64,000 nucleotides of DNA, taken from Squalus acanthias. Its lineage: Eukaryota. The notes under the pieces were generated by a model that worked only from the letters and a program-made list of their open reading frames with translations, had not been told where the DNA came from and ran no database searches. The position numbers and the translations under genes were made by a program. Shown piece by piece: positions 48,386 through 60,159 of this stretch (the stretch's first letter is position 1; every line of letters starts with the position of its first letter). Location of the stretch: the NCBI GenBank assembly GCA_030390025.1, contig CM059433.1:6760001-6824000 (forward strand). The letters run 5' to 3'.

Positions 48386-49202
48386 ATAATTGGCAAATGA
48401 ACTAAAATACAGAATCTGACATCCTCCATTATCTGCAGAATTAGCACAATATTTAACAACTGCAGGGGGCATCATATTCAGGCTGCTGATGGTCTTCAAA
48501 GAGTTTCTGTTGGATATCCTGTAGCGTTGCTCACGGAGACTCGGGGTGGGGGGGGGGGGGGCGGGGTTTGAAACCCTCGTATAACCTTTACTGACTAAAC
48601 TGACCAGTCCCTTTAATGCCACTGATCTAAAATCGACAAATCTAGTTCATCGTAGTTGGTCGCAAATTTCCGGTTCCATGTCAATGGCTGGGTTTCTTTC
48701 TTTTGTTCAAAAAAAAAGATTGTTTTGCATCTGCAACAAACTGTAATGACTGGTCTGCGGCATATGGAGCGTGAATGATGTGTGCTCACAAGACTTTTAC
48801 ATATACAGAAGATATATTAGGGCTGAAAATTTGCGGCTGTTCCTACAGGAGCCCTACAGCAATGGCTGGGACCTGGTTAAAGCCAGGTTTCAACCGAGCA
48901 CCAGAGTTTGCGGGATGACTTTGTGGGACCGGAGTCTCCACCCATCAACGTAAGGGGGCGGGAGTTCCTGCATCCCAGGCGTACTTAAGGACGCGACCAG
49001 CCTGGTACTATGGGCTGACCCACTTGCAGAGGTCGGGTCTAATTGTGGTGGGGGGGTGGGAGGGGTGGGGGGGGCAGTGTGGGTGGGTGTTCAGGCCAAG
49101 AGTGTGGATCTTTGGAAAGGAGCAAAGAAAATGAGGTGGGAGTCCCATTCATGATCACCACTCACTGGAGCCTCCTGGGAAATGTCCAGGGTATTAAACT
49201 TA

Positions 49203-49958
49203 CATACGAACATACGAACATACGAATTAGGAGCAGGAGTGGGCCACTCGGCCCCTCGAGCCTGCTCCGCCATTAAATAAGATCATGGCTGATCCGATTA
49301 CTCCACATTCCCGCCTACCCCCGATAACCTTTCACCCCCCCTTGCTTATCAAGAATCTATCTACAGGAAACTCTTTATTAACCGGCACCGACGGGACCGG
49401 CGTGGTGCCGGTTAATCAAACAGTCCGGATAACGGAGAGTTATATCTCCCAACGTACGAGAGCCCCGTACACACTGACATGCGCCTGCATTCGGAGCTCC
49501 GTCTCCCCGGGGACCGCCAGCTGACCATCTGTCGTGTCCGCTGCCTACCTGGGCTGCACATTCCCCTCCCAATCTACACGCTCCGATACAAGGCAAACGC
49601 CTCGGGGTTTTTTTTTAAAGTTATTTTTAGAGGAGAGATGAAGGAAAACCCCGGTTACCTACTCAAGAATTTTGCCGGTTAAGAGAGATTTCCGGTTATT
49701 TGGGTGCCGGTTAAAAGAGAGTTTCCTGTACCTCTGCCTTAAAAATATTCAAAGACTCTGCTTCCACCGCCCTCTGAGGAAGAGAGTTCCAAAGACTCAC
49801 AACCCTCTGTGAAAAAAATTCTCCTCATCTCTGTCTTAAATGGGCGACCCCTTATTTTTAAACAGTGACCCCTAGTTCTAGATTCTCCCACAAGAGGCAA
49901 CATCCTCTCCACATCCACCCTGTCCAGACCCCTCAGGATCTTACATGTTTCCATCAAG
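49203..49958 (-). mobile_element. CR1 3' fragment split by a TA-flanked MITE
   Basis: KILRGLDRVDVERMLPLVGESRTRGHCLKIRGRPFKTEMRR; aagaatctatcta|cctctgcc is rejoined across the insert. Confidence 0.9.
49364..49728. mobile_element. Tc1/mariner-superfamily (Tigger/pogo-like) MITE
   Basis: 26-bp TIRs caggaaactctttattaaccggcacc / caggaaactctcttttaaccggcacc (2 mismatches); TA duplication at 49362-49363 and 49729-49730. Confidence 0.88.
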
Positions 49959-50054
49959 CTCATTCAATTAAGCTCGCTTCTGACTGACCTGATGGTTAAA
50001 CAAGCAACTAATACTTCCTACCTGAGCTCACACAAAAAGAACAACTGCTTGAGA

Positions 50055-50417
50055 TTTAAGAGAGGCGTTGAAAATTATGAAGGGGTTTGATAGGATAAAT
50101 AAGGAGAAACTGTTTCCACTGGCAAGGAGGTCAGTAACCAAAGGACACAAATTTAAGCTAATTGGCCTCAAGAACCAGAGGGAAGTTGAGGAGGATTTTT
50201 TTTTACGCAGCGAGTGATGATGATCTGGAATGCGCTGCCTGAAAGGGCGGTGCAAGCAGATTCAATAGTAACTTCCAAAAGGGAATTGGTTATATGCTTA
50301 AAGAGGAAAGATTTTCAGGGCGATGAGGAACGAGCAGGGGAGTGAGACTAATTGGATAGCTCTTCCAAAGAGCTGACACCGACACGATGGGACGAATGGC
50401 CTCCTTCTATGATTCTA
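50055..50417 (+). mobile_element. Older CR1 3' fragment
   Basis: KIMKGFDRINKEKLFPLA..SVTKGHKFKL..., tail gacacgatgggacgaatggcctccttctatgattcta; ends ~40 bp from the exon 3 donor. Confidence 0.8.
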
Positions 50418-50455
50418 AACATGTATCAATAGTTATAATACTTCTGCAGCTCTAC

Positions 50456-50523
50456 CTTTTATTGTGCTCCGAGTCAGTATTGGAATTTTTTTCTGGTGGT
50501 ATAGTCCTCTTCTCCCTGGGAAC
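50456..50523 (-). CDS. GRHL1: GRHL1 coding exon 3
   Basis: Translates VPREKRTIPPEKNSNTDSEHNK(R) (cf. GRHL1 VPRERR...PDHSKR). Acceptor ttttcctag, donor AG|gtagag; 68 bp; phase fits exons 2 and 4. Confidence 0.9.
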
Positions 50524-50784
50524 CTAGGAAAAAAAGTGCAAAAGTATTATTACGATGCTTCTGTATCAATGTGTTATAAACAGCATTTTATTGGCAGGAA
50601 GCAGAGCAGGTGCTTTCTGTGAGTAGTCGCTGGACATCCAACAAATACCTACTAACGCACTCTGCTAGCCGGTCGCTTGAGTCACTCGCAGTTTTGGCCA
50701 GATTGGACGAGGGGGGCCTCAGTTGTCAACCTCAAGCTGAACAAAAGTCCCTTTGCTATGCGAGACTCTGCCTAAAGTAAAATA

Positions 50785-50964
50785 TGAGAAGTCGCACAAC
50801 ACCAGGTTATAGTCCAACAGTTTTATTTGAAATTACGAGCTTTCGGAGCGCTGCTCCTTCGTCAGGTACCTCGTAATTTCAAATAAAACTGTTGGACTAT
50901 AACCTGGTGTTGTGCGACTTCTCATTTTTGTCCACCCCAGTCCAACACCGGCATCTCCGCATCA
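50785..50964. mobile_element. Penelope-like fold-back element, family A
   Basis: Inverted arms, with an intact hammerhead motif on the minus strand at 50831-50870. 12-bp TSD TAAAGTAAAATA (50773-50784 / 50965-50976). Confidence 0.85.
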
Positions 50965-51369
50965 TAAAGTAAAATACACTTTGGTCCCATCATTTCTGTA
51001 AAAATGGACAGGAGGAATTCCGCGCAAATTCATTCACATTCCCTCGCTAGCATCTGCGGCATAATTTCAGAGCTTAAAAAGTTTATTTTCTTCGACTACT
51101 TCCGAGACATGGTTAAAATTGTACTTAAACGGAACAGTAACTCGCAAAGTAAGCAAAATTCTTGAAACAGAAACTGAATTAGAATCTGCCCCGGACACTG
51201 CTGGTTTCAGTTACATTTCAAGTCAGCTTCACTCAGTGAGCCAATCATACGACAGCTAAAATCTGATTTAAGCTCTAATTTAAAGGCTTTATTCGACATA
51301 TCCTGGGTGAATGCGTACAAATTTCAGTGAATACAGTTCCAATTCCTGAAATGCATTTCCAGAATTCTT

Positions 51370-51975
51370 TTCCCCCTCTCCGCCCTGAAGGTGTTGACCT
51401 CCGGCCCCATGGGTGCCAACACCTCTCCAAGTGACCATTCTTCATGCGTGAGTCTAGAAGGTGAATGTTAGCGAGCATTCAAACCCTTTGAGGCATCACA
51501 GCAATGCCCGACCCTGCCCACACTTCCAGCAGGGGTTTGTTGGGCTGGTGACCCGCAGCAGGAACCCTGGCTGATTTGGGGGGGGGGGGTTTACTCATTT
51601 CCCTAATTTGTCTGCATATTTCTTCCTCCACCTCCCTTCCACTATTAGGTGGTCTGTAGACTACACCTATTAGTGTGATTGATCCTTTATTATCTTTTAT
51701 CTCTATCCCTATGGATTCTATTTTTGTCTTGCTGATAGTTGTCACTTTTTTCTACTGCCATTATGTTATCCCTAATAAATACAACTACTCCACCTCCCCT
51801 TTTTCCCTCTCTAGCTTTTCTAACTATGTTATATCCTGCAATGTTTCATTCCCAGTCCTGAGTTTTCTGGCCACCTCCTAACTCAGGGGGCGCACCAAGG
51901 ACAGGATCAGCTAACTCAGCCCAGGAAGAGATCGAAACTAGAACCGTGTTGGTCTGTGTGACTTGGGCTATTCAC
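51370..51975 (-). mobile_element. Old SINE-like repeat (same family as 29050) interrupted by a CR1 endonuclease fragment
   Basis: Body at 51370-51580 and head at 51880-51975 (gatcagctaactcagc...gatcgaa...ggtctgtgtgact). Confidence 0.5.
51592..51862 (-). mobile_element. CR1 AP-endonuclease fragment
   Basis: IESIGIEIKDNKGSITLIGVVYRPPNSGREVEEEICRQI. Confidence 0.85.
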
Positions 51976-52526
51976 CGGACGAGCGCACTGGTCCTGTCAG
52001 GCGAGCTTCCCGGGATCCCGCTCGCGCCCACCGGCAAAGGTGGCGACGCCCATCAGGCTCAGGCAGGGGAGTCTCACGTGGGAATGAGGCCCGGTAGTTA
52101 AAATCTCTCCGAGAACTCATGCGGCTCGGTCACGCACGCTTTCCGCTCACCCTGCCCCCGCATGCCGCTCTCACACTTCGAGTTAAAAATCGGGGCTCAA
52201 GAGTTTCAAAGTTTTTATTTTTAATACAAATTTTTTTTTTTTTACACATTTAGGGTTAATAGCACAGTGTCTGATATTCTAGTAGCTCTAGATTCTTCTC
52301 ACAGTAAATAAACTGATAACTAGCTGGCCCTGGGAGACAGTTGTTTCCCTGAACTTGCCTGCAGTCTAAGAGTTCAAATAAAGAACAAAATATATTTCTT
52401 CAATATTTGTTAATCAATTTAATTTGTAAAAATCAATTTATAAATGTCGACAACGGCAGGACATTCACTTGGAAGTGAGTTGTGCTGGACAGTGTCTGTT
52501 AAAAATAGCAACTAGCAGGGCCGACA

Positions 52527-52960
52527 CAACAACAACAACTTGTATTTATATAGCGCCTTTAACGTAGTAAAACGTCCCAAGGCGCTGCACAGGAGTATTA
52601 TAAAGACAAAGAATTTGACACCGAGCCACATAAGGATAAATTAGGGCAGGTGACCAAAAGCTTGGTCAAAGGGTTAGGTCTTAAGGAGCGTCTTAAAGGA
52701 GGAAAGAGAGGGAGCGAGGCGGAGAGGTTTAGGGAGGGAATTCCAGAGCTTAGGGCCTAGGCAACAGAAGGCACGGCAACCAATGGTTGAGCGATTATAA
52801 TCAGGGATGCTCAAGAGGGCAGAATTAGAGGAGCGCAGATATCTCGGGGGTGTTGTGGGACTGAAGGAGATTACAGAGATAGGGAGGAGCGAGGCCATGG
52901 AGGGATTTAAAAACAATGATGAGAATTTTGAAATCGAGGCGCTGCTTAACCGGGAGCCAA
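52527..52960 (-). mobile_element. L2 3' fragment
   Basis: WLPVKQRLDFKILIIVFKSLHGLAPPYL...LWNSLPKPLRL, with a (caa)n tail on the + strand. Confidence 0.85.
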
Positions 52961-53075
52961 TCAAAGAAAGAAAGAGCAGTTAAGGTAGCACTGGGCGATT
53001 TGAGCATGGCCAGAGATTCAGACCCGGTATCCATGGCACTCTTTGTATGGAGTATATCATCTGCAGAGAACATAC

Positions 53076-53262
53076 CTTGTAATAATCATAAAGCAAACCC
53101 AAAGCAGCGGCACTATCGTCATCGCCATTGATGCTCATCATGGCCTTGGTGGCAGCAGTCAGGGGATTTTCCAGGAATGATTTCCATGCTTCATCTTCAG
53201 TGGTATACGAGCGCCTTTGGGGATAATGTTGCTCATTCTGCAGCACCAAAACTGCTCTCTTA
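53076..53262 (-). CDS. GRHL1: Grainyhead-like protein 1, coding exon 2
   Basis: Translates (N)[62 protein letters not shown], near-identical to the vertebrate GRHL1 N-terminus. Acceptor ctttgcag, donor AAG|gtatg; 187 bp. Confidence 0.96.
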
Positions 53263-54511
53263 CTGCAAAGGAAGGGGGAAGAAAACCTGTGAAAGACTGT
53301 TTAATCCCTTCGAGAACCAAGACAGAAAGTGTTTGTAAAAATAAAACTCCATACTTGTGACATAAGTTTAGAAACAGACAAATGCATTCATCAGTAGTCA
53401 AATAAACAAGTTAGCCAAGATCCTTCAAAAATATTGCAAAATCCATAGGCTTGGAGTTGGTTCCAAACAGCTCTTTGTATTTGGAAAACAGGTTTGGCAA
53501 CAATAGCTTGTGACATCATTTCATATTTCATTGTAATTCTTTAATTCTGTCTTCAGGTGCACAGGATCTCTCCAAGTCACTCAGAAGGTGCGACAGATTC
53601 TTAGCATAATTACCCTTCGTGTACATAAAGAAGCTGCATGCAATTTGGACATCTCTACACTGCAAAGATGTCTCCAGTCTGGAATACTCTAAGTCTTGGA
53701 TTTATGACTTCATTTATGCATCTAATAATAAATGTGAACAATGACACACCTCATTGTCATTACCTCTTAATTACTTACTAGTCCTAAATCATTCAGGTTA
53801 GTGTATGTATACGAAGAGGGTGTGTCAGGGTAGTTCCTGAAGCATCTGTTAACTGACAAACAACTCAAAAAACTTCTCAGCCTTGACATCTAAAAGATTA
53901 CTCTTACAGATTGACAGTCCCCATTGGCGTGTTTGGCCAATTCTGTTTTAAATGTGAAGCCAACACCTCCATTGTCCCTTAGTTGACAACAGGGAAATCA
54001 ATAGCAGCTTCTGACATACACGGGAGGTCTGAATCACAGCCTTTCACACAGGATTCACAGCTGGGACAGCAAGCAATGCTCACTCCATAAATGATCACAA
54101 TAAATGTGCCATCCAAGTGTCAGGCAATGACTATCTCCAACAAGCGAGAGTCTAACTATCGCCCCTTAACATTCAACGACATTACCATCGCCGAATCCCC
54201 CACCATCAATATCCTGGGGGTCACCATTGACCAGACACTTAACTGGACCAGCCACGTAAATACTGTGGCTACAAGAGCAGGTCAGAGGCTGGGTATTCTG
54301 CGGCGAGTGTCTCACCTCCTGACTTTCCAAAGCCTTTCCACCATCTACAAGGCACAAGTCAGGAGTGTGATGGAATGCTCTCCACTTGCCTGGATGAGTG
54401 CAGCTCCAACAACATTCAAGAAGCTCGACACCATCCAGGACAAAGCAGGCCGCTTGATTGGCACCCCATCCATGTGGTTGATAATGAAGAAGCAAGCTGC
54501 AGACTGCAGGA

Positions 54512-55510
54512 AACATAGAAACATAGAAAAATAGGAGCAAGAGTCGGCTATTCGGCCCTTCGAGCCTGCTCCGCCATTCAACACGATCATGGCTGATCCT
54601 CTATCTCAATACCATATTGCCGCTTTCTCCCCATACCCCTTGACGCCTTTTGCGTCTAGAAATCTATCTATCTCCTTTTTAAATATATTCAGTGACTTGG
54701 TCTCCACAGCCTTCTGTGGTAGAGAATTCCACAGGTTCACTACCTTCTGAGTGAAGAAATTTCTCCTCATCTCAGTCCTAAATGTCCTACCCCGTATCCT
54801 GAGACTGTGACCCCTCGTTCTAGACCCCCCAGCCAGGGGAAACATCCTCCCTGCATCCAGTCTGTCTAGCCCTGTCAGAATTTTATACGTTTCAATTAGA
54901 TCCCCTCTCATTCTTCTAAACTCTAGTGCATACAGGCCTAGTCGACCCAATCTCTCCTCATACGACAGTCCTGCCATCCCAGGAATCAGTCTGGTGAACC
55001 TTCGCTGCACTCCCTCTATGGCAAGTATATCCTTTCTTAGATAAGGAGACCAAAACTGCACACAGTACTCCAGGTGTGGTCTCACCAAGGCCCTGTATAA
55101 CTGTAGTAAGACATCCTTGCTCCTGTACTCAAATCCTCTTGCAATGAAGGCCAACATACCATTTGCTTTCCTAACTGCTTGCTGCACCTGCATGTTTGCT
55201 TTCAGTGACTGGTGTACAAGGACACCCAGGTCCCTTTGTACATCAACATTTCCCAATCTATCACCATTTAAATAATACTCTGCCTTTCTGTTTTTCCTAC
55301 CGAAGTGGATAACTTCACATTTATCCACGTTATACTGCATCTGCCATGTATTTGCCCACTCACTCAACTTGTCTAAATCGCCTTCAAGCCTCTTTGCATC
55401 CTCCTCACAACTCACAATCCCACCTAGTTTTGTGTCGTCAGCAAACTTGGAAATATTACATTTGGTTCCCTCATCCAAATCATTGATATATTGTGAATAG
55501 CTGGGGCCCA
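54512..55510 (-). mobile_element. Young CR1 3' fragment with an open RT C-terminal ORF
   Basis: INDLDEGTKCNISKFADDTKLGG...LVRPHLEYCVQFWSPYLRKD...; about 300 uninterrupted codons plus the 3' UTR with a (tttctatg)n tail. Confidence 0.92.
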
Positions 55511-56357
55511 ATATCAATGGACTGGTCAGGTGGGCAGAACAGTGGCAAATGGAATTCAATCTGGCGAAGTGTGAGGTAATGCATTTGGGGAGGGCTAACA
55601 AGGCAAGGGAATACACTATAAATGGTAGGATACTGAGAAGTGCAGAAGATCAGAGGGACTTTGGAGTGCTTGTCCACAGATCCCTGAAGGTAGCAGGACA
55701 GGTAGATAAGGTGGTTAAGAAGGCATACGGGATACTTGCCTTTATTAGCTGAGGCACAGACTATAAGAGCAGGGAGGTTATGCTTGAACTCTAAAACACT
55801 AGTTAGGCTGCAGCTAGAATACTGCGTGCAGTTCTGGTCACCACATTACAGGAAGGATGTGATTCCACTAGAGAGGGTGCAGAGGAGATTTACGAGGATG
55901 TTGCCAGGATTGAAGAATTTTAGCGATGTGGAGAGATTGGATAGGCTGGGGTTGTTTTCCTTGGAACAGAGGAGGCTGAGGGGGGACCTAATTGAGGTGT
56001 ATAAAATTATGAGGGGCCTAGATAGAGTGGATAGGAAGGACCTATTTCCCTTAGCAGAGGGGTCGATAACCAGGGGGTGTAGATTTAAAGTCATTGGTCG
56101 GAGGTTTAGAGGGGATTTGAGGAGAACTTTTTTCACCCAGAGGGTTGTGGGGGTCTGGAACTCACTGCCTGAAAGGGTGGTAGAGGCAGAGACCCTCATC
56201 ACATTTAAAAAGTACTTGGATGTGCACCTGAAGTGCCGTAACCGACAGGGCTACGGACCAAGAGCTGGAAAGTGGGGTTAGACTGGAGAGCTCTTTGTCG
56301 GCCGGCACGGACACGATGGGCCGAATGGCCTCCTTCTGTGCTGCAAATTTCTATGAT
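55511..56357 (+). mobile_element. CR1 3' fragment of a second subfamily (5' stub at 54472-54511)
   Basis: WAEQWQMEFNLAKCEVMHLGR...LEYCVQFWSPHYRKD...; tail gacacgatgggccgaatggcctccttctg...ttctatgatt. Confidence 0.9.
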
Positions 56358-57124
56358 TCACCACCTTAAACATTCACTCCCTCCACCATGGCTGCAGTGT
56401 GCACCATCTACAAGATGCACTGCAGCAACTCGCCAAGGTTTTTTCGACAGCACCTCCCAAACCCGCGACCTCTTCCATCTAGAAGGACAAGGGCAGCAGG
56501 CGCATGGGAACACCACCACCTCTAAGTTCCCCTCCAAGTCACACACCATCCTGACTTGGAAGTATATCGGCCGATCCTTCATCGTCGCTGGGTCAAAATC
56601 CTGGAACTCCCTCCCTAACAGCACTGTGGGAGCACCTTCACCACACGGACTGCAGCGGTTCAAGAAGACAGCTCACCACCACCTTCTCAAGGGCAATTAG
56701 GGATGGGCAATAAATGCTGGCCTTGCCAGCAACGCTCACATCCCAGAAACGAATATAAAAAAATCACTGGACAGTCTCATAACACATGCTGGGTTCAACC
56801 CGATAGCGCCACAATGGTCCAGTATTCATACAAGGCAAGTTATGGGACATTCATGTTTCAGTCCAGCTCAGCTCAGTTCAGTTCATTTCATTTCAAAGAA
56901 ATGACACCTTTATCCTGGGTCCAAAACTATCCAACCCCTAACCAGATCATTTTTAAATGCTCTGAAGTATTTTGCTTTGCAAGAATATAAGAAAGCAAGG
57001 AACAAGAGAAGGTTATTCATCCATCAAGCCTGCTCCTTCCACGGTCCATGCACAATTTTGTTTTATATATTTCACATTTGCGCGTTTTTCCCCACTGACA
57101 AGTCTACCAATACACACCGATGTC

Positions 57125-57985
57125 AAACTTGGCTTAGAGGTAACACTCTTGCCTGATTCAGAAGGCTGTGGGTTCAAGCCTCACTCCAGAGACTTGAATG
57201 CATCATTTAGGTTGACATTTCAGTGCTGCACTGTCAAGAGGTGCTACCTTTTAGAAGAGACGTAAAACCCCTCGGGTGGACGTAAAAGATCCAATGACAC
57301 TAATCAAAGAGCAGGAACGTTAGCCCAGTGCTCTGGCCAATATTTTTCCCTCAACGAACACCACGGGAACTATTCACTAGAGTTTAGAAGACTGAGAGGG
57401 AATCTCATTGAAACGTATAAAATTCTGACAGGGCTAGACAGACTGGATGCAGGGAGGATGTTTCCCCTGGCTGGGAGGGTCTAGAACGAGGGGTCACAGT
57501 CTCAGGATACGGGGTAGGACATTTAGGACTGAGATGAGGAGAAATTTCTTCACTCAGAGGGTGGTGAACCTGTGGAATTCTCTACCCCAGAGGGCTGTGG
57601 AGGCCAAGTCACTGAATATATTTAAAAAGGAGATAGATAGATTTCTAGACACAAAAGGCATCAAGGGGTATGGGGAGAGAGCGGGAATATGGTATCAAGA
57701 TAGAGGATCAGCCATGATCATATTGAATGGCGGAGCAGGCTCGAAGGGCCAAATGGCCTACTCCTGCTGCTATTTTTCTATGTTTCTAAACAGATTATCT
57801 GGTGATTTATCTTATTGCAGTTTGTGGGACCTTGCTGTGCACAAATTAATTGCCACGTTTCCCTACATTACAGCAATGACGACACTTCAGAAGTACTTTA
57901 ATGTCTGTGAAGTGCTTTGGAACATCCTACAGGACCTGAAAGGCACAATTTAAATGCAAGCTCTTTGTTTTTCTTTCTTTCTTTC
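57125..57985 (+). mobile_element. Older diverged Deu-domain SINE interrupted by a CR1 3' fragment (~57375-57787)
   Basis: SINE head and body at 57125-57365 resume at aacagattatctgg (57788) and end aaatgcaag..(tttc)n. The intervening DNA is CR1 (RGHSLRIRGRTFRTEMRRNFFTQRVVNLWNSLP). Confidence 0.75.
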
Positions 57986-59649
57986 TGGAATTAAAATTGA
58001 CGTATGACACAAGCATTGACAACTTTCCCTATACTTTCTCTTTTCCCCTCTAATCCAGAGTATTCTCTTTAGTCGAGAAGGTGGGACAGTTTAGCTTCAA
58101 GCTTCAGTTTTTTGTCCTGATGGCCCACTTACCATGTGGCCACACACCTACCTTAAACTTGGCGTTTCTATTGTAAAGTATATCAGGGTGATGGAGGGAA
58201 AAAGTTGAGTGGGTTTCAGTTTGCGATCATTTATTTTTTAAATTAAAAGATTAATTTTTCACATTTAATATTGATGAGAGTGTGCGGTGTGGCAAGTGCG
58301 GAGTTTTAGAGCAGGGACGGGGTTGAGCCAGATAGAAAATTGCTGCTTTTCAACTCATGTTTAGAATTCTCTAAACTTGTATTTCATTATGCTTCGTAAT
58401 CTCAGGGATCATTCTCATTGACCTGTCGTAAACACTTACGGTACAACTGCAGACATTCAGCCCTCTGAGGTTGGTTGAAATACATTGTCTGCACAACGTA
58501 AGTGAGGTTTGACCTTGCTGCTGACTACAGGAATATTTTTATCCTTTCTATTGAGCTAAAAGTTTTTTCCTTCCTGAAATGTTTCCCGACAATGGACTGT
58601 GCCAGGCACCTGTGTCCACAACTACTGTCGCTGCAGTCTATAGGAGTTGGTGGAGTCGTGGCTGCTCCATGCAATCAGCGGCAGGAGGATACATTTCATC
58701 TTCTACAACGGTCAAAGAAAAGAAACACTTAGGACAATGTCACAGATAAGCGACAACTTCAAACTGGTACTACATCCGCAATAAAACCTCTAATTACAAC
58801 AGGAAACACGCATCAGCTAGCTGGAACTCACGTGCTTTTGCAGACCATGCAACCAGGCCACACGACCCCCCCCCACCCGGTTTAGCTAGCAGACAATTTG
58901 CATCATTTGATCAATATCACTTTTTGGTCAGTCCGCCTCCGTGGCCAGTTTTCCCTTCCTTGCACTACACAACCAGACAAAGAGGCATCTTGTCCTCTCA
59001 GCGTGGGAGCTCATCCCATTCTCAGCGGCGGCTCAAATTCAAACTTGAGCATCTTAATCAAGGGTCCAAATCCACAGTGTGGACAATGTGAATGACAAGT
59101 TACTTTCATGCCACTACTCATGGATTTACCAATGTTTTATCACAATAAAACATATGCAAATTTCTATTTAACTTTGACAAGAAATGCAACAACCCAAAAG
59201 CACCGTGAAACAGGTCATCAGTCCAAATGTTGGGCATTTTAAGTCATGGCCCTCCTGTCCTGCAGTGAACCGCTGCACCCCATCTCCAATCAGGTGGCAT
59301 TTTGAAATATCAAACTTTGTCAGCTTATTACACGGATCAACTTTTGGCAGCCATGGGCGATGGGTAGCTAAAAAAACAAGTTATTTCTCCATCTCATTTA
59401 AAACAGCAGTGTTTGGAATAATTGAACATTAGAAACTTTATCAGAACCTCACCTCAATGTGTAACAAAACCCTCCAGAAGTGGATGACCCGTTGCACTAA
59501 ATTAAGGAATTGCTTCTGCAGGAAGGCGGATAGAAACAGGCACAACAGAGCTGAACCATGAGAGGTCAGGATAGCATGCAGCTGAAGAGAGAGGACCGCA
59601 TGACATGGGGACAGAAAGAGAATGCAGACCAAGAAACATACAGCATAAA

Positions 59650-60159
59650 AGAACATAAGAAATAGGAGCAGGAGCCGGCCATACGGCCCCTCGAGCCTGC
59701 TCCGCCATTCAATAAGATCATGGCTGATCTGATCTTGGCCTCAACTCCACTTCCCTGCCCGCTCCCCATAACCCTTGACTCCCTTATCGTTCAAAAATCT
59801 GTCTATCTCCACCTTAAATATATTCAATGACCCTGCCTCCACAGCTCTCTGGGGAAGAGAATTCCAAAGATTCACAACCCTCTGAGAGAAGAAATTCCTC
59901 CTCATTTCAGATTTAAAAGGGGTGCCCCCTTATTCTGAAATTATGCCCCCTAGTTCTAGATTCCCCACAAGGGGAAACATCCTCTCAGCATCTACCCTGT
60001 CAAGCCCCCTCAGAATCTTGTATGTTTCAATAAGATCCCCTCTCATTCTTCTAAACTCCAATGAGTATAGGCCCAACCTGCTCAACCTTTCTTCATAAGA
60101 CAACCCTTTCATCTCAGGAATCAACCTAGTGAACCTTCTCTGAACTGCCTCCAATGCAA
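59650..60159 (-). mobile_element. CR1 3' fragment
   Basis: LALEAVQRRFTRLIPEMKGLSYEERLSRLGLYSLEFRRMRGDLIETYKI plus the 3' UTR. Confidence 0.9.

Larger units (their letters stand above)
54105..56763 (+). mobile_element. Same LINE family as 7663, split (54105-54471 and 56358-56763) by nested CR1 insertions
   Basis: ...DKAGRLIGTPS breaks at 54471 and resumes ccaccttaaacattcactccc at ~56360. Confidence 0.85.

Noticed and set aside
53486..53495. GRHL-like binding motifs (AAACAGGTTT here; AACCAGTT at 15498, 18732 and 24357) as autoregulatory sites
   Set aside because: One-mismatch 8-mers are expected several times by chance in 64 kb, and I noticed no perfect AACCGGTT or clustering.
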